A DNA stretch of 63,906 nucleotides, the filler included, from Collodictyon triciliatum (lineage: Eukaryota), in the NCBI GenBank assembly GCA_043381765.1. It is 7 parts of 7 records of this genome, joined end to end, with 100 filler letters (N's around TTAATTAATTAA, not from the genome) between each part and the next. Parts side by side here need not be neighbours in the genome. Positions count along the whole stretch, not along the records: positions 24,015 to 41,412 come from JBHJMP010000858.1; 6 more parts are not named here. One strand, written 5' to 3'. Below are positions 27,999-41,248 of the stretch, piece by piece; position 1 is the stretch's first letter, and the number at the start of each line of letters is the position of its first letter. Under the pieces are notes generated by a model that did no database searches, was not told the DNA's origin, and saw only the letters and a list, made by a program, of their open reading frames with translations. A program made the translations under genes and the position numbers.

Positions 27999-29690
27999 AC
28001 TGGCGTCATTTTCTAACTGGGCTTCAAATTTTGAAGAAAGCAGGAAAGAACTGCACGAACCAAATATAAAGTAATCCATTAAGGGAAGACTCATATCCTA
28101 TTTATTAAAGCAGAATTTTCCATTTTAAAAATAGAATTCAGATACCTAGGCTGAAATTGAAGGAGTTATCATATTTTTCATTCATTTTAGTATTTTTCTT
28201 TTTGACAATGGAAGGTCGGATAAAAAAAAAAGAAGGAAAAGAATAAGAGCAAGCTACTTGATTTATGGTGTTTTCTGTGATGGACAAAATATTGTTGAAG
28301 CCAGTAAACAAAATTTCCTGAATGATGACAGGATGTATTGTTTTGATATTTTCATACGTAATCCCTTCGAAGTCTTTATGATTCCTGATAAATTTCTTTG
28401 CAATATAAGATGTTTAAGAATATGTATAGTCTATACATAAGTGATCAGAAAATACATCACCAAAAAATTATTATTACTCTAGTAAATTACCTCCATCGAT
28501 CTATTTGTAATGTTTTCTTCCATTTGTTCGTTCTTTAAGAATAAAGTAATCGCATCCCTTTTTAACAGTCCTTTTCAATGATTTCAATAAAATACGAATA
28601 AGGGACACCAATATACACACGCACGTATTATACAAATATCAAAATCATTTAAATTAATTATCAAACACACGCTAACCATTTTCTGTATACTGTGAGAGGA
28701 GTGAACGGAGTGGAGGAATCAAACGAGCCAGCCCGAGGACCAATCTCGCATCGCTTGGACTGAGTGTGTTTTTTGCCTGGAACATTTCTGCGAGCATCAC
28801 TCGATCATAGTTGATTCCCTCGCTCTGCAACTGCGAAACAATCTACCAAATGTACAATACATAGAATGAGAGATAAGGAAAAAAGGAGACAGGCAATAAT
28901 AAGAGGAATGAGGTAAAACATCGCCTTCATAATCGACTGTATCAACTAACATACATGCATGTCAAAGTGAATGTAGTGAAATACACCACAAATATATAAG
29001 ATATCATAGTTCTTCCTCTTCAAATACTGACCATATTTTCTTATCAAGCATGTTTGAGGAATCCACTCTGAATCGAATAAAGGGGAAAAAGAGCATGTTT
29101 GAGGAATGGAATATTACTGTTTTGATACTTCATCAGTACCTCCTCAATATCCACGGGTTTATTCATTATTTCATTGTCGCTCTCTGAACTTTGGCCCAAC
29201 GCAGGATGATCCGGGCGATTCCTCTCAGCCGTTCCCTCTGCGTTCCCATCTGCTTCGTGATTTTGATTCGCTCCGTTGTTTTGACCCTCCAAGTATAGCC
29301 GCACATAAACGCAAGCGAATATATTTACAAAGGGAATGCCTCTGAAAGACTTTTATAAAGGAGTCTACGTGGATATAGTTTTGAGATAGGCTATGGAGAT
29401 GATATAATAAATAATAGAACAATACAATATATGTAGAAGCGAAAAAAGTTTTGGCCCTACGCTTGATCGAACTCGGAGAAGTAAAGAAGTAAAGAGAAAA
29501 AGAGAAAAAGAGAAAAAGAGAAAAGAAGAGAAAAAGAAGAGAAAAAGAAGAGAAAAAGAAGAGAAAAAGAAGAGAAAAAGAAGAGAAAAAGAAGAGAAAA
29601 AGAAGAGAAAAAGAAGAGAAAAAGAAGAGAAAAAGTCACCTCCGCATACTTGACGTCAGCGGACTTTGCTGTCGACGAAGCGCCGCCCAT
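21991..29690 (-). CDS. Phosphoinositide phospholipase C-like protein (EF-like, X, Y, C2), N-myristoylation motif, probably catalytically inactive; >20 exons, spans a linker gap
   Basis: Start MGGASS; EF-like LFLKNEQ; X box INQ|DMSLPLMDYFIFGSCSSFL, GIR|FIEVDCWDGEEEPVVFKQ, SDYPFILSLDVRC, LPAPQSLRRKLLI; Y box VWKAGCQVIL...MFSGNGKCGYILKP; C2 end RIGQ|SVMMFDYLRRGLRCIPLRS...EYS* (stop 21991-21993). Confidence 0.85.
23846..23900 (+). mobile_element. Short retroposon-like insert (family copy), intronic in the PLC-like gene
   Basis: TGTATGGCATAGCCTCGCTGCGCTTTGAATCGAATAA plus A-tail; nearly identical to 61007-61043. A TSD cannot be assessed because a contig end follows. Confidence 0.65.
23915..24014. 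other. Artificial contig linker (N44-TTAATTAATTAA-N44); also at 41413-41512, 47455-47554, 51080-51179, 55112-55210, 58196-58295
   Basis: The same 12-mer, with stops in all six frames, centred in ~100-bp N runs. Plain N gaps at 12318-12621 and 45533-45957. Confidence 0.97.
29063..29091 (+). mobile_element. 5'-truncated retroposon-like insert with 16-bp TSD
   Basis: CCACTCTGAATCGAATAAAGGGGAAAAAG flanked by AGCATGTTTGAGGAAT at 29047-29062 and 29092-29107. Confidence 0.8.
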
Positions 29691-30379
29691 CGCTTTCTTT
29701 TGAGTCTTTGTGCTCTTCTATGTTTTATTATCGAGCTGATCTTTCAAAGCGACAAACTTTCGTGCCCCTTTAACAGTGCTAAAAAAATCCTCAAGAAAGT
29801 TCTTTTAATCCTTCAAAATATGCCTACACCTTCCCCTATAAAACAGGCTGTTGGGTCTTTCCTGGCAGCCTTCAACACTACACAATCATTGCGAAAAAAG
29901 TGGAGAGACCTTGGATACCAGCGGACCAGGTTTACCAATCGAAAGATTGATTTGCCCCTTCTGTTTGGGAGACACATATGACATTTTGCTTAGCAGACGA
30001 AAAAGCCACGGTGGCCAAATGTTCCCAAACCAAATCTGCCCAGCCTAGCAAAAAAACAACAACAAAAAACAACAACAAAAAACAACAACAAAAAACAACA
30101 CCAAAAAACAACAACAAAAAACAACAACAAAAAACAACAACAAAAAACAACAACAAAAAACAACAACAACAAAAAACAACAACAACAAAAAACAACAACA
30201 ACAAAAAACAACAACAACAAATAACAACAACAAATAACAACAACAACAACAACAAATAACAACAACAACAACAACAACAAATAACAACAACAACAACAAA
30301 AAACAACAACAAAAACAACAACAAAAATTATATAAATCACAGACACAAGACACCAACCAATTATTAAATCTTCAGAACC

Positions 30380-33300
30380 ATGAGCCGCCGAGTCCTCCCT
30401 GGAAGTCGGTCAACAAAAGGGAGAGGCAAGTACGAATCCGTGCCTCAGGACATTGACGACGAAGAAGCCGTGGACCGTGTGGCTAACCTTCGTGGACGCC
30501 GCAAAGCTGCAGACTCGGAGAGCGAAGAAAGTATTGATTCCAACGATGAACGAAACACACCCGCTGCCAAGTCAGATTTTCCCGCGGACCTAAATGCAGA
30601 GTCGCGAAGAAAATCCACTCCACAAAAGCTCCCTGAGAACGGTGACTCCACGCACACAGACGCAGATGCAAATGCGCATACTAAGCCTGTGAAGCGTGGG
30701 TATCTGTGTAATCGCGAAGAGCAGAAGTGGGAAAACCATAGCTTGAAGAGTCATGACACTGCACAGCACTCAGAAGGCGAGTCATGGAACGCCAAGGCAA
30801 GCAGTAAGGACCGTGCTTCCAAGGCATATAAGTGGGAGGCCAAGAAGATTCAGCAGCGCCCTGAAAGAGCCGAGCAGAAAGCTAGTGTTAGTGATGATAA
30901 TCGTGGTGGTCATGACGGTGATGAGGTGGATGCTTACGCCAATAGTAGGAAGGAAAAGGCGATCCATGCAGATATTGATACCGAATCGGATAATGATTCT
31001 CGTGATGGTCAAGAGGTGGAAGGAGACGAAGAAAAAGATGAGAATGGTTCGTATCATTATCACCAATATTTAAAATAGTTAAATGTGGTTTTTTTTTAAT
31101 ATAATTATCTTCATCCTTGTTTTCCTCATGCTATCCCCAAATCGTGTATGTGTCTTGAAGTTGAGTGATTGAATTTATAACGCAGCAAAAAACGACCCCA
31201 CTATCATTCCGAGAAAGCAAAAGTACTTTATGCACGATGACAGGAGTAAATCCGGTGGCCGGCCGCCAAGAAGGTATCAACTCTTTAAGATTACCTTCTT
31301 TTTTTTTCAGCGCGTTCCGTTGCATCGCAACCACTCAAAAAATTCAGATTTTTTTTTTTGTATATCGAATGAAACATTTATGCAATTTTAAAAATAAATG
31401 TAAAGAGAATATGATGGTATGTTGATAAGCTTGTTGGAAATATTCTACAGTCATAATAACGCTCGTTTACCATCTTATTCTTACCCCAGAAAATAACCAT
31501 GTTGTCAACTCTAATTACTCGATTCATTTCAATATATTTCCACTATTCATAAACTAGACACAACAAAGAAAATTCATGGGAGCCTGCAGAGGGTGGAAAG
31601 TGGACTCACGACAAGTTTGCACAGCAGGTTGCAGATTGAAACTAACTTCATATAAAATTGAATTACCAAATAAACAATAGTAAACCACTATACTTTTTTT
31701 GTATTTATATCTCTGTATTTTTCGATTATTTATTTTCTTTTTCAACCTAAATTACAACTATAATATTTTGGAATAATCTGACTTTAAGTCGAATAAAGGA
31801 AATTTTTTTCTTGAATAATGTGACACTGTTCGAAATGAATTCTTGAGCAATACAATAACAACAATAATAATCATCAATTGATGAACAGGATTCTAGTGAT
31901 AAACAAAAGAAAGGAAGACGAGCCCGACACCCAAAAGGGTCGTCACAAGAAACACAAGGTAAATTAGTGCCCTCTCCATAATCTTGATTCCAACCATTCC
32001 TATTTTACATATATACCTCATATGGAAAAAATATTCATTTTTTCTTCCTCAAAAATAAATCATGTCATTTCTTTTCCTAGACGCTGAAAGAATCCCAGAA
32101 ACAACAAAAGATGCCAAACACACACCAAAGCAGCCAAACACCAAAGCAAAAGAACCCATATCACTGGTCGTCACAATCGTAACAAAGAACTCTGTTCCGC
32201 CCACACAAGAGACCCCGACAGAAGTTCCTCAGCCTGTCATGCAACCCCTGGTAGCTGCTAGCAAGAAATACTCGTCCAGAAGAGCGCAGGCTCAGAATGC
32301 AGAGCCCGTACACGCGCAGACGGAGTATTCGACCCCACTCAATACCACTGCCAACACAGGGACTGACATGCAAGCCACTCAAATATCACAGCAGTCCCAA
32401 GAGCCGCAACAGACACAACCTCCTGTCCAAGCACCAGAACATGTCCAAATGAAAACTCAGGCTCCACCGTCCAAAGAGTTTCCTCATCCACGAGAGCAAC
32501 TGAGGGCCGGTTCCAATGCCCTTGACATAATATTCCCTCCTCATAGCCATCAGCCTGAAGGCACTCATTTTACGGGACATAATTTACAAGACCATCATAC
32601 CACAAACCAACACCAACCCGCCCCGCACAATCAGTACCGATTGGTTCAAGAAAGGCCATATCCAAATCACAACTCACAATATAACCAGTCAGAAAACTTA
32701 AGAGGATACTCCGAGTATCCTCCAGCAGATGTGTACCAGAATACATATCCACCAAACCGTTCGAGAAAGCATATGTACCCAAATTGTTATTAATTGAGGC
32801 CACTATTATCTTTGGATTTACCTATGCCCGATTTTTAATTTCCGTCTTATTTTTCCCGCTCTTCCCCCAGTCTTTGAGATGATGACAATTGTGATAATCT
32901 TAGCATAATTATGTACCTTTTAGTATCCACAATAAAGAGTATCATAAAAAAAATAGGCCTCCCACAAACAGACCACCTCCCGCAGGCTTTGAACCTTACG
33001 CCTGGTATCCCCCTAGTAACTACCCACAAATGCCACCGAATTACTACTACTATCAAGACATCCAGCCTAATAGAGGATATGTATGTTCTCGACAATATAT
33101 ATATATGCAGATAAGATAGCCAATTTTTAAAAAACAGCACATAACCACGATTTTAAATAAATTTCTATCTGCTCATTTTTTTTAAAAAAAAAACAACTAA
33201 CAATAACGGCAATTCTTTTGTTCATTTTTACCTTAATATCCAAGCCAAGCGAACCTCAAGAGGGATACTGGTAAGGATAACAATATGCCATGTTTAGCCA

Positions 33301-33620
33301 TCATACAAAATGTACATGTTGACAAGTAAAGCTGAGTGATATAACAGAATAAATAAATAATAAAACACAACTTTAGGCACGACCCAAGCACCCACGCTCA
33401 TAATCATACATCAGTGCCAGGTAACTACCACGAGTCCCTTCTAAAGAAATATACATGCAACCATGAACAGCCTCGAACGCCTGAACTAAACCACACACAA
33501 CCAACATTCATTCTTTTATATCATCAAGCGCCTCGTTCCCGTAAGGTATTGGACATTCTATCACCAAGCACTGGTATCGATGGCTCAGCGTATCGCGCAC
33601 AAAACCAAGGGGATTCCTAG
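30380..33620 (+). CDS. CASC3: CASC3/Barentsz/MLN51 homolog (exon junction complex, Btz/SELOR domain)
   Basis: Acidic disordered N-terminal exon, then spliced exons give KNDPTIIPRKQKYFMHDDR (~31185-31245) and WEPAEGGKWTHDKF (~31577-31620), the two halves of the Btz motif (P..IPR.G.FF.HD.R and W.HD.F), then a Q/P/Y-rich tail. The 3' exons are approximate. Confidence 0.8.
31778..31802 (+). mobile_element. Degenerate copy of the retroposon-like insert, in a CASC3 intron
   Basis: CTGACTTTAAGTCGAATAAAGGAAA flanked by imperfect T-run-GAATAAT repeats (31765-31777 and ~31802-31819). Confidence 0.55.
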
Positions 33621-34607
33621 CCCACTGGAAAAAAAAAAAAAGAGAAAAGGGGGTTCAAACGGAAGACAATGCGGGAAAATTCTGATTACTATTATCTTTA
33701 AAATGTAAGGATCTTGTAAAATCTTTTTTCTTTTTTTGTTATGAGAACCCAAATTGTTCAGCACGATTGAGGTCGCTTAATTATGTATTTGACCAAATCA
33801 TATCACCAAAAAAAATTATTATTTATATCACTTAAAATCACTAGGGAATACCACTCCGAGGTTTATCTTTTCCTTTTCATCTTTTCCTTCCTTTTTCTAT
33901 CTAAAGACAGCTGAGAAATGTGCTCTGTTCTTGTATACCATAGGACAGAGAAGAACTCTTGTGTTGTTTTGGGAATTAACGAGGGACGAGTGGGTTTAGG
34001 CGACAAGGAAGTGAGCAGGTGTCTGATAAATGATTTGGTGGTGGGCAGGAAACCACTCTATTCCAACTTGTTCTTTCGAATGTGGCTGTTCTGTGCCCCA
34101 CCCGAATCATTTATTTATTTATCTGCCCTTTTCCCCGCAAGACCGACAGCTCAAATCCTCTCATCGTGAAGAAAGAAGGAAAGAAAGAAAAAGAACCAAA
34201 ATAATAATCATCGACCCGACACCCTACTTTGTTTTTCGTTACTATGAGGAGGATTAAAAGAATACCACAATTCTCTGTGAATTCCTGGAAGAGACACTGT
34301 TTGGCGAGATACAGCAGCCAGACAAATACATAAACTCAAAATTGTTACTCTTGCAAGGATAAATAAATAAATAAAAAGAGTATGCTGGTCATAGGGATGG
34401 GTATTCTTTTTAAATTGGACTGAGAACTTCCGAGCAATTTCAAGAGCCAAATCGCATGGCTGTTATATCACAATCATCACCCGTTCATGTTTTCTTTGTG
34501 GAACAAAGAGTGGCGATTTCAAGGGGACGGAATAACTATGAAAAAGAACAACGTAGAGGCACGCAGATAATCGCTATGCCCGCTTCTGCAAGGACGTGAA
34601 TGCAGCT

Positions 34608-37600
34608 TTAATTGACAAAGAGGAAGCGGAGATCATCCACAGTGAGTTTGGCGGCAGCGTCCTTGTCCATCCCGATGGTCGTTTGGAAGAGAAGACCTTT
34701 CTTCTCCTGCAGGTTCATGATTCTCTCCTCAATTGTGTTTTGGATGATTAATCGTGTCACAGATATCGGTTTCCGTTGGCCAAGTCTGCAATTGCGCGTA
34801 TCATATGGGGATTAATGAGAAGGAAAAGGGAAAAAGGGAAGGGAAAAAAAAGGAACAAGAAATGAAATCATTCGAGAGCACAACAGAAAGCTCGTCTATG
34901 ATATAGAACCTGTGGACTAAATAAAGTGAAAAAAAAAAACCTGTGGACTCTGTCTATCGCTTGGTTCTCACACGCAGGGTTCCACCATGGGTCCATCAGG
35001 AAACAGTGGGATGCGACTGTCAGGTTTAGTGCGACCCCGCCGGCTTTCAATGAAATCAAGAATACAGACGTTTCTGGGTCATGTTTGAACTTTTCTATGT
35101 TTGCAGTACGCTGCTGGACGTTCATACGTCCATCGAGCTATGATGATAATTCATTTATTTATAAACATGTTTAATTTTTTTTGTTAATAATATATCAGAA
35201 CCAATAGATCATAATGATACCACAAGTTCAAAATAAAAAGTTTTCCTCTATTTAGTATCAGTCACACCACTATTCCCGGATGAGCGGGTGGGGTGGGGAT
35301 AACTGAATAGATTTTTATAATAGTAGTAAAATAAATATTGTAATCTTAAAAAAAAAAAAAAAAACAGGAAAGGAAAAGGAAAAGGAAAGGAAAAAAAGGG
35401 GGAAATATTTCAACAAATGACGAATGTTCTTTTTGGAATGACATACTCGGACACAGTCAAATCCAGCCATTTTCAGCTTCCACTCGATGATGTCCAAGAA
35501 ATTCACAAACTGAGAAAATACTAAGCTTTTAGCTGTTGGGTCTCGTTGCCTCGCAATAGTCAGCTCTTCTATAAGGGCCTCAATCTTTGTGCTGTTTTTT
35601 TTGGTTTATTACTTTTAACATATATGTATATATGTTAAGAATTCCACGTGAAATTTTGTGTAGCTTCCAAGTGACTCATTCAAATGAAGCATATAATGGT
35701 GTGGGATTGAATTTTGAATATTTAGAAGAGATGACATGAAAAGAGACAGTCGACCTTGTTCTCCAGCTGCCTAGATCAAGCCTCTCCATGATGGATTTTC
35801 GTGTTTGCTGAGCTTTCTTCTCCTTCTGCTCTTCAGGTGGCCGAAGGTCTATTGTCAGAAATGTTTTGCACACAGGGCAGGGCGGAGCCTCTGATGAAGT
35901 TGCCAAGCTATTTGCCAGATAACCCTACAAAATGGAAACAGCTCGAAGGGTTGCTCTTTTATCTCATTTCACTTTGCTAATATGCCGAAGAAATAGGATA
36001 TCGGACTAAATGGCAGGCTTTCCGATTTTAAAATTATGATGCCATCCAGCTGTAGTATGATTACCTGAATACATTCTCGACAGAATGAGTGTTTGCACTT
36101 GGATGTAGTGCAGTTCTCAGCAGGATCTGAGCAAATACCGCATATTTCGTTTGAAACTAGTGATTGACTTAATTAGCAACTCTTCTGAATAGCTCAATTA
36201 TACTTTTAGGTGATACATACTTGGGGCAAAAAATAAATAAATCATCCTATCTATGCATATGTCTTTTTTTTTTTTTATTATTATTATTCTTCCTTTCAAT
36301 CTTGTGCAAGATGGTGAATCATATTTATGCATAAACAATAAGTAAGAGGCAATGGTACTTTTTGTTTCTCCAAGGGCTTCTCGATGAAGAACAAGGTAAG
36401 GATGGTCTACAGCCTATGATGGTATAATTTGAAAATAAAATGAGGAGATATATAAGTCTTAAAATATTTCCCTACATCTCTTTGGGAAAATAAAATAAGT
36501 TGTAATTTTTTTCCTTCTTCGATTAAAAGTAAATATGTTGTGATTATATATAAGAACGATGACGTATATTGAATGAATAATAATTACTTGACGAAGACGT
36601 AGCAACAAATCAAATACATGGGCATAATTGTCCAGAATAGTGTTTGACTCAATAAATCCCATAAATTGTGTTTTGCTTCTGGTATAAAGGGCTTCGTAAA
36701 AGTCGTTTTCTTCTGCGTCCAAATGATCCCTTTAATGATTAGAGAGTTATTTGTCAAGCCAACATGTTTGATAATAATTCTTTTTTTTTTTTAAAAAAAA
36801 AAAAGGTAAATAAAAGAAAAATATATCGAGATTCATGGACATATCAAAGGCGATATATTTCAACAAATTTATTTGAAAATGTGATATGCAACCTTCTAAT
36901 AGTTATGACCTTTGGGGGCAAACATAAATCAGTTGCCCTTTGAATTTTTGTTCTTCGTAACATAACTCTTGATAATAATTTCTATAGTTTTATAAGACTG
37001 TTTTTAAATATATGCACTAATGAAAACTCAAATAATCGAGTTGATAATGATAATGATAATGATAATAATTACTACCTTAAGCATATCCATAGCAATTTCA
37101 CCCTCACTGTCATCAACCATCGTCCCACTGCGATAGATGGGGTTTATTATGTGTTTGTTCCACCATGAAAAATGGTTTGTTGGTTTGTGCGAACAAGTGC
37201 GGCACGATCTTGACAACCGAGAGCCCTTTCTGTTGGAAAGATATATATTTATGTAAGAGTAGTTCCCTGAGTATTAGTACTTGACATGGCAGATCTTAGC
37301 GCATGATTCCTAATCCTGTTTTTGTTTTTGTTTGATATTATTCCTCAAATTCGCCCTGTAGGCGATAAGCTATCTTTATTTTTATTACCACCCGTGTCCA
37401 AAAGGGCGAGTATTGCAGAGCATGAAGATGCATCATCCTTTCTAATTTTAACATACCCATCAAAAAACCAGTTCAGCGATTTGCAGTCGCATTTCTTGCA
37501 GTAGTAGTACGAAAATGGAGTGATTCTTAAGAATCTAATCAAGGAGTACAGCTCTCCGATACGATTTTGGAGAGGAGTGCCTGATGGTACAATCAATTAA

Positions 37601-40600
37601 CTTTTTGAAGGGGCAAAGTTTACAAGTGCATACCATCTGCTTCTATATATAATTATTGACATCGTTCGTGATGGGCAAACCTGTCATACACCACTTTTTA
37701 CAAGATTGTAATGCAAATACAGCTCTGGCTGTCGAACAAGTGCGATCCTAATGAGATTTTTCTTTTTTTTAAAAAAAAAATATGAAATTTTGAAAACAAA
37801 AGGGAAGATATAGGATTATCTCAGTTTTCGAGAGTAACGCAATATTAGCAAAGTATGGGTATTGGTTACAATGTACTTTGATGGAATGAGCTTCGTCAAG
37901 TACAATCCTATAAAACTTGATCCCGTGGATTAACGAATCTCTATAATACAGATAAATGTGTATTTGTGAGCAGTGACAAAAACATATGGATAAATATGAC
38001 CATTCAACGAAAGTGAGCACGTAGGTTAGATCAACTTGTAGTTTCACCAAAGGAATATCTATAAAATTTCATACTTTTTATAAATACCGTCTTTACGCCG
38101 ACGACCAGAGTACTGATACCGAAAGTCTGCCTCAATAATGGAATACGTCGTAAGGACAATATCAACAGAAATAAGCTGCTCCTTCGTTATGCTTTCTCTA
38201 TTGATTCCATGAAACATCAAGACAGAGAAGGTATTTTCCCTATTATTTTCCATTATAAGGAATGTTAAGGATTTTATTACATTCTTTCATTCATAACACT
38301 TTCTCTTCTTTTTTTTTTTTTTTATTAATTATATTTATAACATGTACAGGAAATAAAAAGCATAATCACAGAGAAATTCATTACTTCGTGATAACATTTC
38401 ATCGTATTAAGAATATCATATTAAAGGTGTCTAAACCCCACTTTGTGTATTTTGATATTTCGAATTCCCATTGGGTCAATGCCACAACTGGTACAATAAT
38501 CAGTGTTGTTGTTGTCTTGAGAGGGTTATCGGGGTCATAATGGTGCTTATTTTTAAGTATTAGGCTCATCATCTGAAGAGTTTTCCCCATTCCCATTTCA
38601 TCTAAAGATATAAAAGTAATCAATTTAAGCGTAATATGGTAGTTCCTAAGGGGCATACAGGCCCCTACCCATAGTCTTTTTTTAAAACAAAAATAGGAGC
38701 TAGATGAATCAGAGCGATTGCTTCTTATCCATAGCATTACATACGTGTGCATTACCTGCTAAAATGCCACCATTATATGCAGTCGATGCCTCTTGTTGTT
38801 GCATCCACTTGAGTGACTCTCTCTGGAATGGCAAAAGATTAATCACGAGGTTCGGCGGAATATCCTCTTCAACTTGAATCGGCCACCTTTTTTTTTCTAT
38901 GATTAGACGGTTGCGTAGATAGGTCGCTCATTTGTAGATTTCGTAATGGACAAAATACTTTTGATTTGATGTAATCATGTGGGTTAGTTCTTCACTCTAT
39001 TCAGTTTTCTTTTTTTTCTTTTCTTTTTCATTATTAACTGGTAAAAATCCATCTTTGATGCCATTTCTTGTTCTTCCTTCATACTCTGTGAAGGCTCTTC
39101 AACAATCTTTGTCGGTTTCGGAGTTGGGATCTAACAATTGAGCGACAGAAATGAGCCATATATTCGTGAAAATGTTTCGAAAAATAAGAACCTCAGAATC
39201 AAATGAGATTGAAGATGAGATTTTCTTAATAGTCGACTTTGTACAACCTTTCTTTTGCGGCGAGCTTTTGAAGTCTTCAATAGTTCTGGTATAATACAAA
39301 AGTACACCCTCTCAAAACAGACGAATTTGGTTCATTTCAAAAGGGGAAGTATAAATATATTGAACTAGGTCATTGAGGTGTGTAATTATTATCATACCGA
39401 TATCTTCATTGCTATCAACATCACTGAAGCTTATATCGTGAATCTCCTCGACATCAGAGCTCGAAGTACTCAAGAAAAAAGCCTCTGGACGTTTCTAAAA
39501 TTATTATTCGTGGTTCTTAAAGCCAATTGAGAAAAATAATAACAAAGAAAAAAAAACTATCGTGGGTGCAGAGTTAGAAATAATAGATGTAAAAATAAAA
39601 TAAGATAATGTAAAATAAAAATAGAGATAGAGATAGAGATAGAGATAGAGATAGAGATAGAGATAGAGATAGAGATAGAGATAGAGATAGAGATAGAGAT
39701 AGAGATAGAGATAGAGATAGAGATATTGATTTACAAAAGTATATAAAAAAAGGAAGGGCGTTGGACTGCATATAGGGTATAATAAGCCTTTGCATGCGAA
39801 ATACAGATAGTTACTTACAGTTTTTCCTCGAGCAGCGTTACTGGGAGGCTTTGCATCAGTGTTGGGCTTTGCAGTAGCATTACTGGGAGGCTTTGCAGTA
39901 GCATTACTGGGAGACTTGGAAGCAGCACTGGGCTTTGCAGTAGCATTACTGGGAGACTTTGCAGCGGTGTTGGGCTTTGCAGCAGTATTACTGGGAGGCT
40001 TTGCAGCAGTATTACTGGGAGACTTGGAAGCAGCACTGGGCTTTGCAGTAGCATTACTGGGAGACTTTGCAGCAGTGTTGGGCTTTGTAGCAGCATTGGG
40101 CTTTGCAGCAGTATTACTGGGAGACTTTGCAGCAGCATTAGATTTTGTAGCAGCGTTACTGGGAGGCTTTGCATCAGTGTTGGATTTTGCAGTAACGTTG
40201 GATTTTGCAGCAGCATTACTGATAGAGTTTGCAGTAGTGTCAGATTTTGCCTTCTTCATGGGGCGCATCTCTTCCGCCACACTCCCCGTGTCATTATCTA
40301 AGTGGAACTCAAAGTCACTCAGGTTGTCAGCAGCGTTTCCTGCATCATGAACGTTCATTGACAATTTCTCCCGAGATTTTACCCTCTTGGCGTGTCGGGA
40401 GTGGCCCTTGGAAGAATCAGCCTGTTTCTTGGAGTTTCCCGGCTGAGAAGTTGAAAAGGGTGTTTGAGTTTGAGTTTGAGTTTGAGTTTGAGTTTGAGTT
40501 TCTATTGGTGTTGGTGTTGGAGTTTCCATTGGTGTTGGATTTGAAGTTGGAGCCGCAGCTGGCTGTTGGGGCTTTGTCTTCGACGAGGCTTTGTTTCTTG

Positions 40601-40772
40601 AAGCAGCTCGTGTGGAAGTCTCGGCCGGCGTCTGCTTGGGTTGGGGTAAAGCTGGAGACGAGACAGGCACTCGCCTTTGTGCAGATTGAGAGCGCGTTTG
40701 GCGTCGTGTGGGCGTCTGCATCTCGGCCTCTGCAGTTTCGGGCTGGCCTGTGTGTTTGCCGTCGCTGTTCAT
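34608..40772 (-). CDS. RAD16: Rad16-like SNF2-family helicase with inserted RING finger; ~17 exons
   Basis: [65 protein letters not shown]...CRTCSH...HFSWWN (Rad16-type insert), RING CGICSD...CKHSFCREC...[33 protein letters not shown]-terminus [12 protein letters not shown]. Start probably MNSDGK at 40772. Confidence 0.92.
39830..40220 (-). repeat. Coding minisatellite encoding (AK[S/P]PSN[A/T][T/A]AKP) repeats in the Rad16 N-terminus
   Basis: Repeated GCAGTAGCATTACTGGGAG[A/G]CTTT units, in frame in exon 1. Confidence 0.9.
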
Positions 40773-41164
40773 GGCCTGAGCTATTCGTCCCCGTCTTTCT
40801 CGGTATGTGCTCTGCGAGTTGTTTGTTGTGTGAGTTGTTTTGATGTGTGAGTTGTTTGATGTGTGAGTTGTTTTGATGTGTGAGTTGTTTTGATGTGTGA
40901 GTTGTTTTGATGTGTGAGTTGTTTTGATGTGTGAGTTTTGATGTGTGAGTTGTTTGTTGTGTGGATTGTTTGTTGTGTGACTGTGCTCTTCGGAGTGGTT
41001 GGTCAAGTGTGCCTGATAGGCTGATAGTTTCTGTGGTTGGAAGCGTGGCATAAAAACACACCAGCGAAGAGGAACAAACGTGATCGAATAAATAGATTCT
41101 GAAAGACATAAAAATATAAAAAATATAGTATTATATATATATAATGTCTTCTAGAGACAAGAAG

Positions 41165-41248
41165 CCGACCATAGCTCAGTTGGTAGAGCGGAGGACTGTA
41201 GCGTATGAAGTCATCCTTAGGTCACTGGTTCGATTCCGGTTGGTCGGA
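41165..41248 (+). tRNA. tRNA-Tyr(GUA) with an 11-nt intron (41202-41212)
   Basis: CCGACCA/TGGTCGG acceptor stem (C1:G72, A73), D arm TAGCTCAGTTGGTAGAGC, anticodon loop CTGTAG, intron CGTATGAAGTC after position 37, T arm GGTTCGATTCC; TATA-rich upstream and a T5 terminator at 41254-41258. Confidence 0.97.

Noticed and set aside
33900-34560. Small ORFs and a GGGCA/TGCCC hairpin between CASC3 and Rad16
   Set aside because: No homology cues, no convincing splice model and no H/ACA boxes; probably 3'UTR or intergenic.
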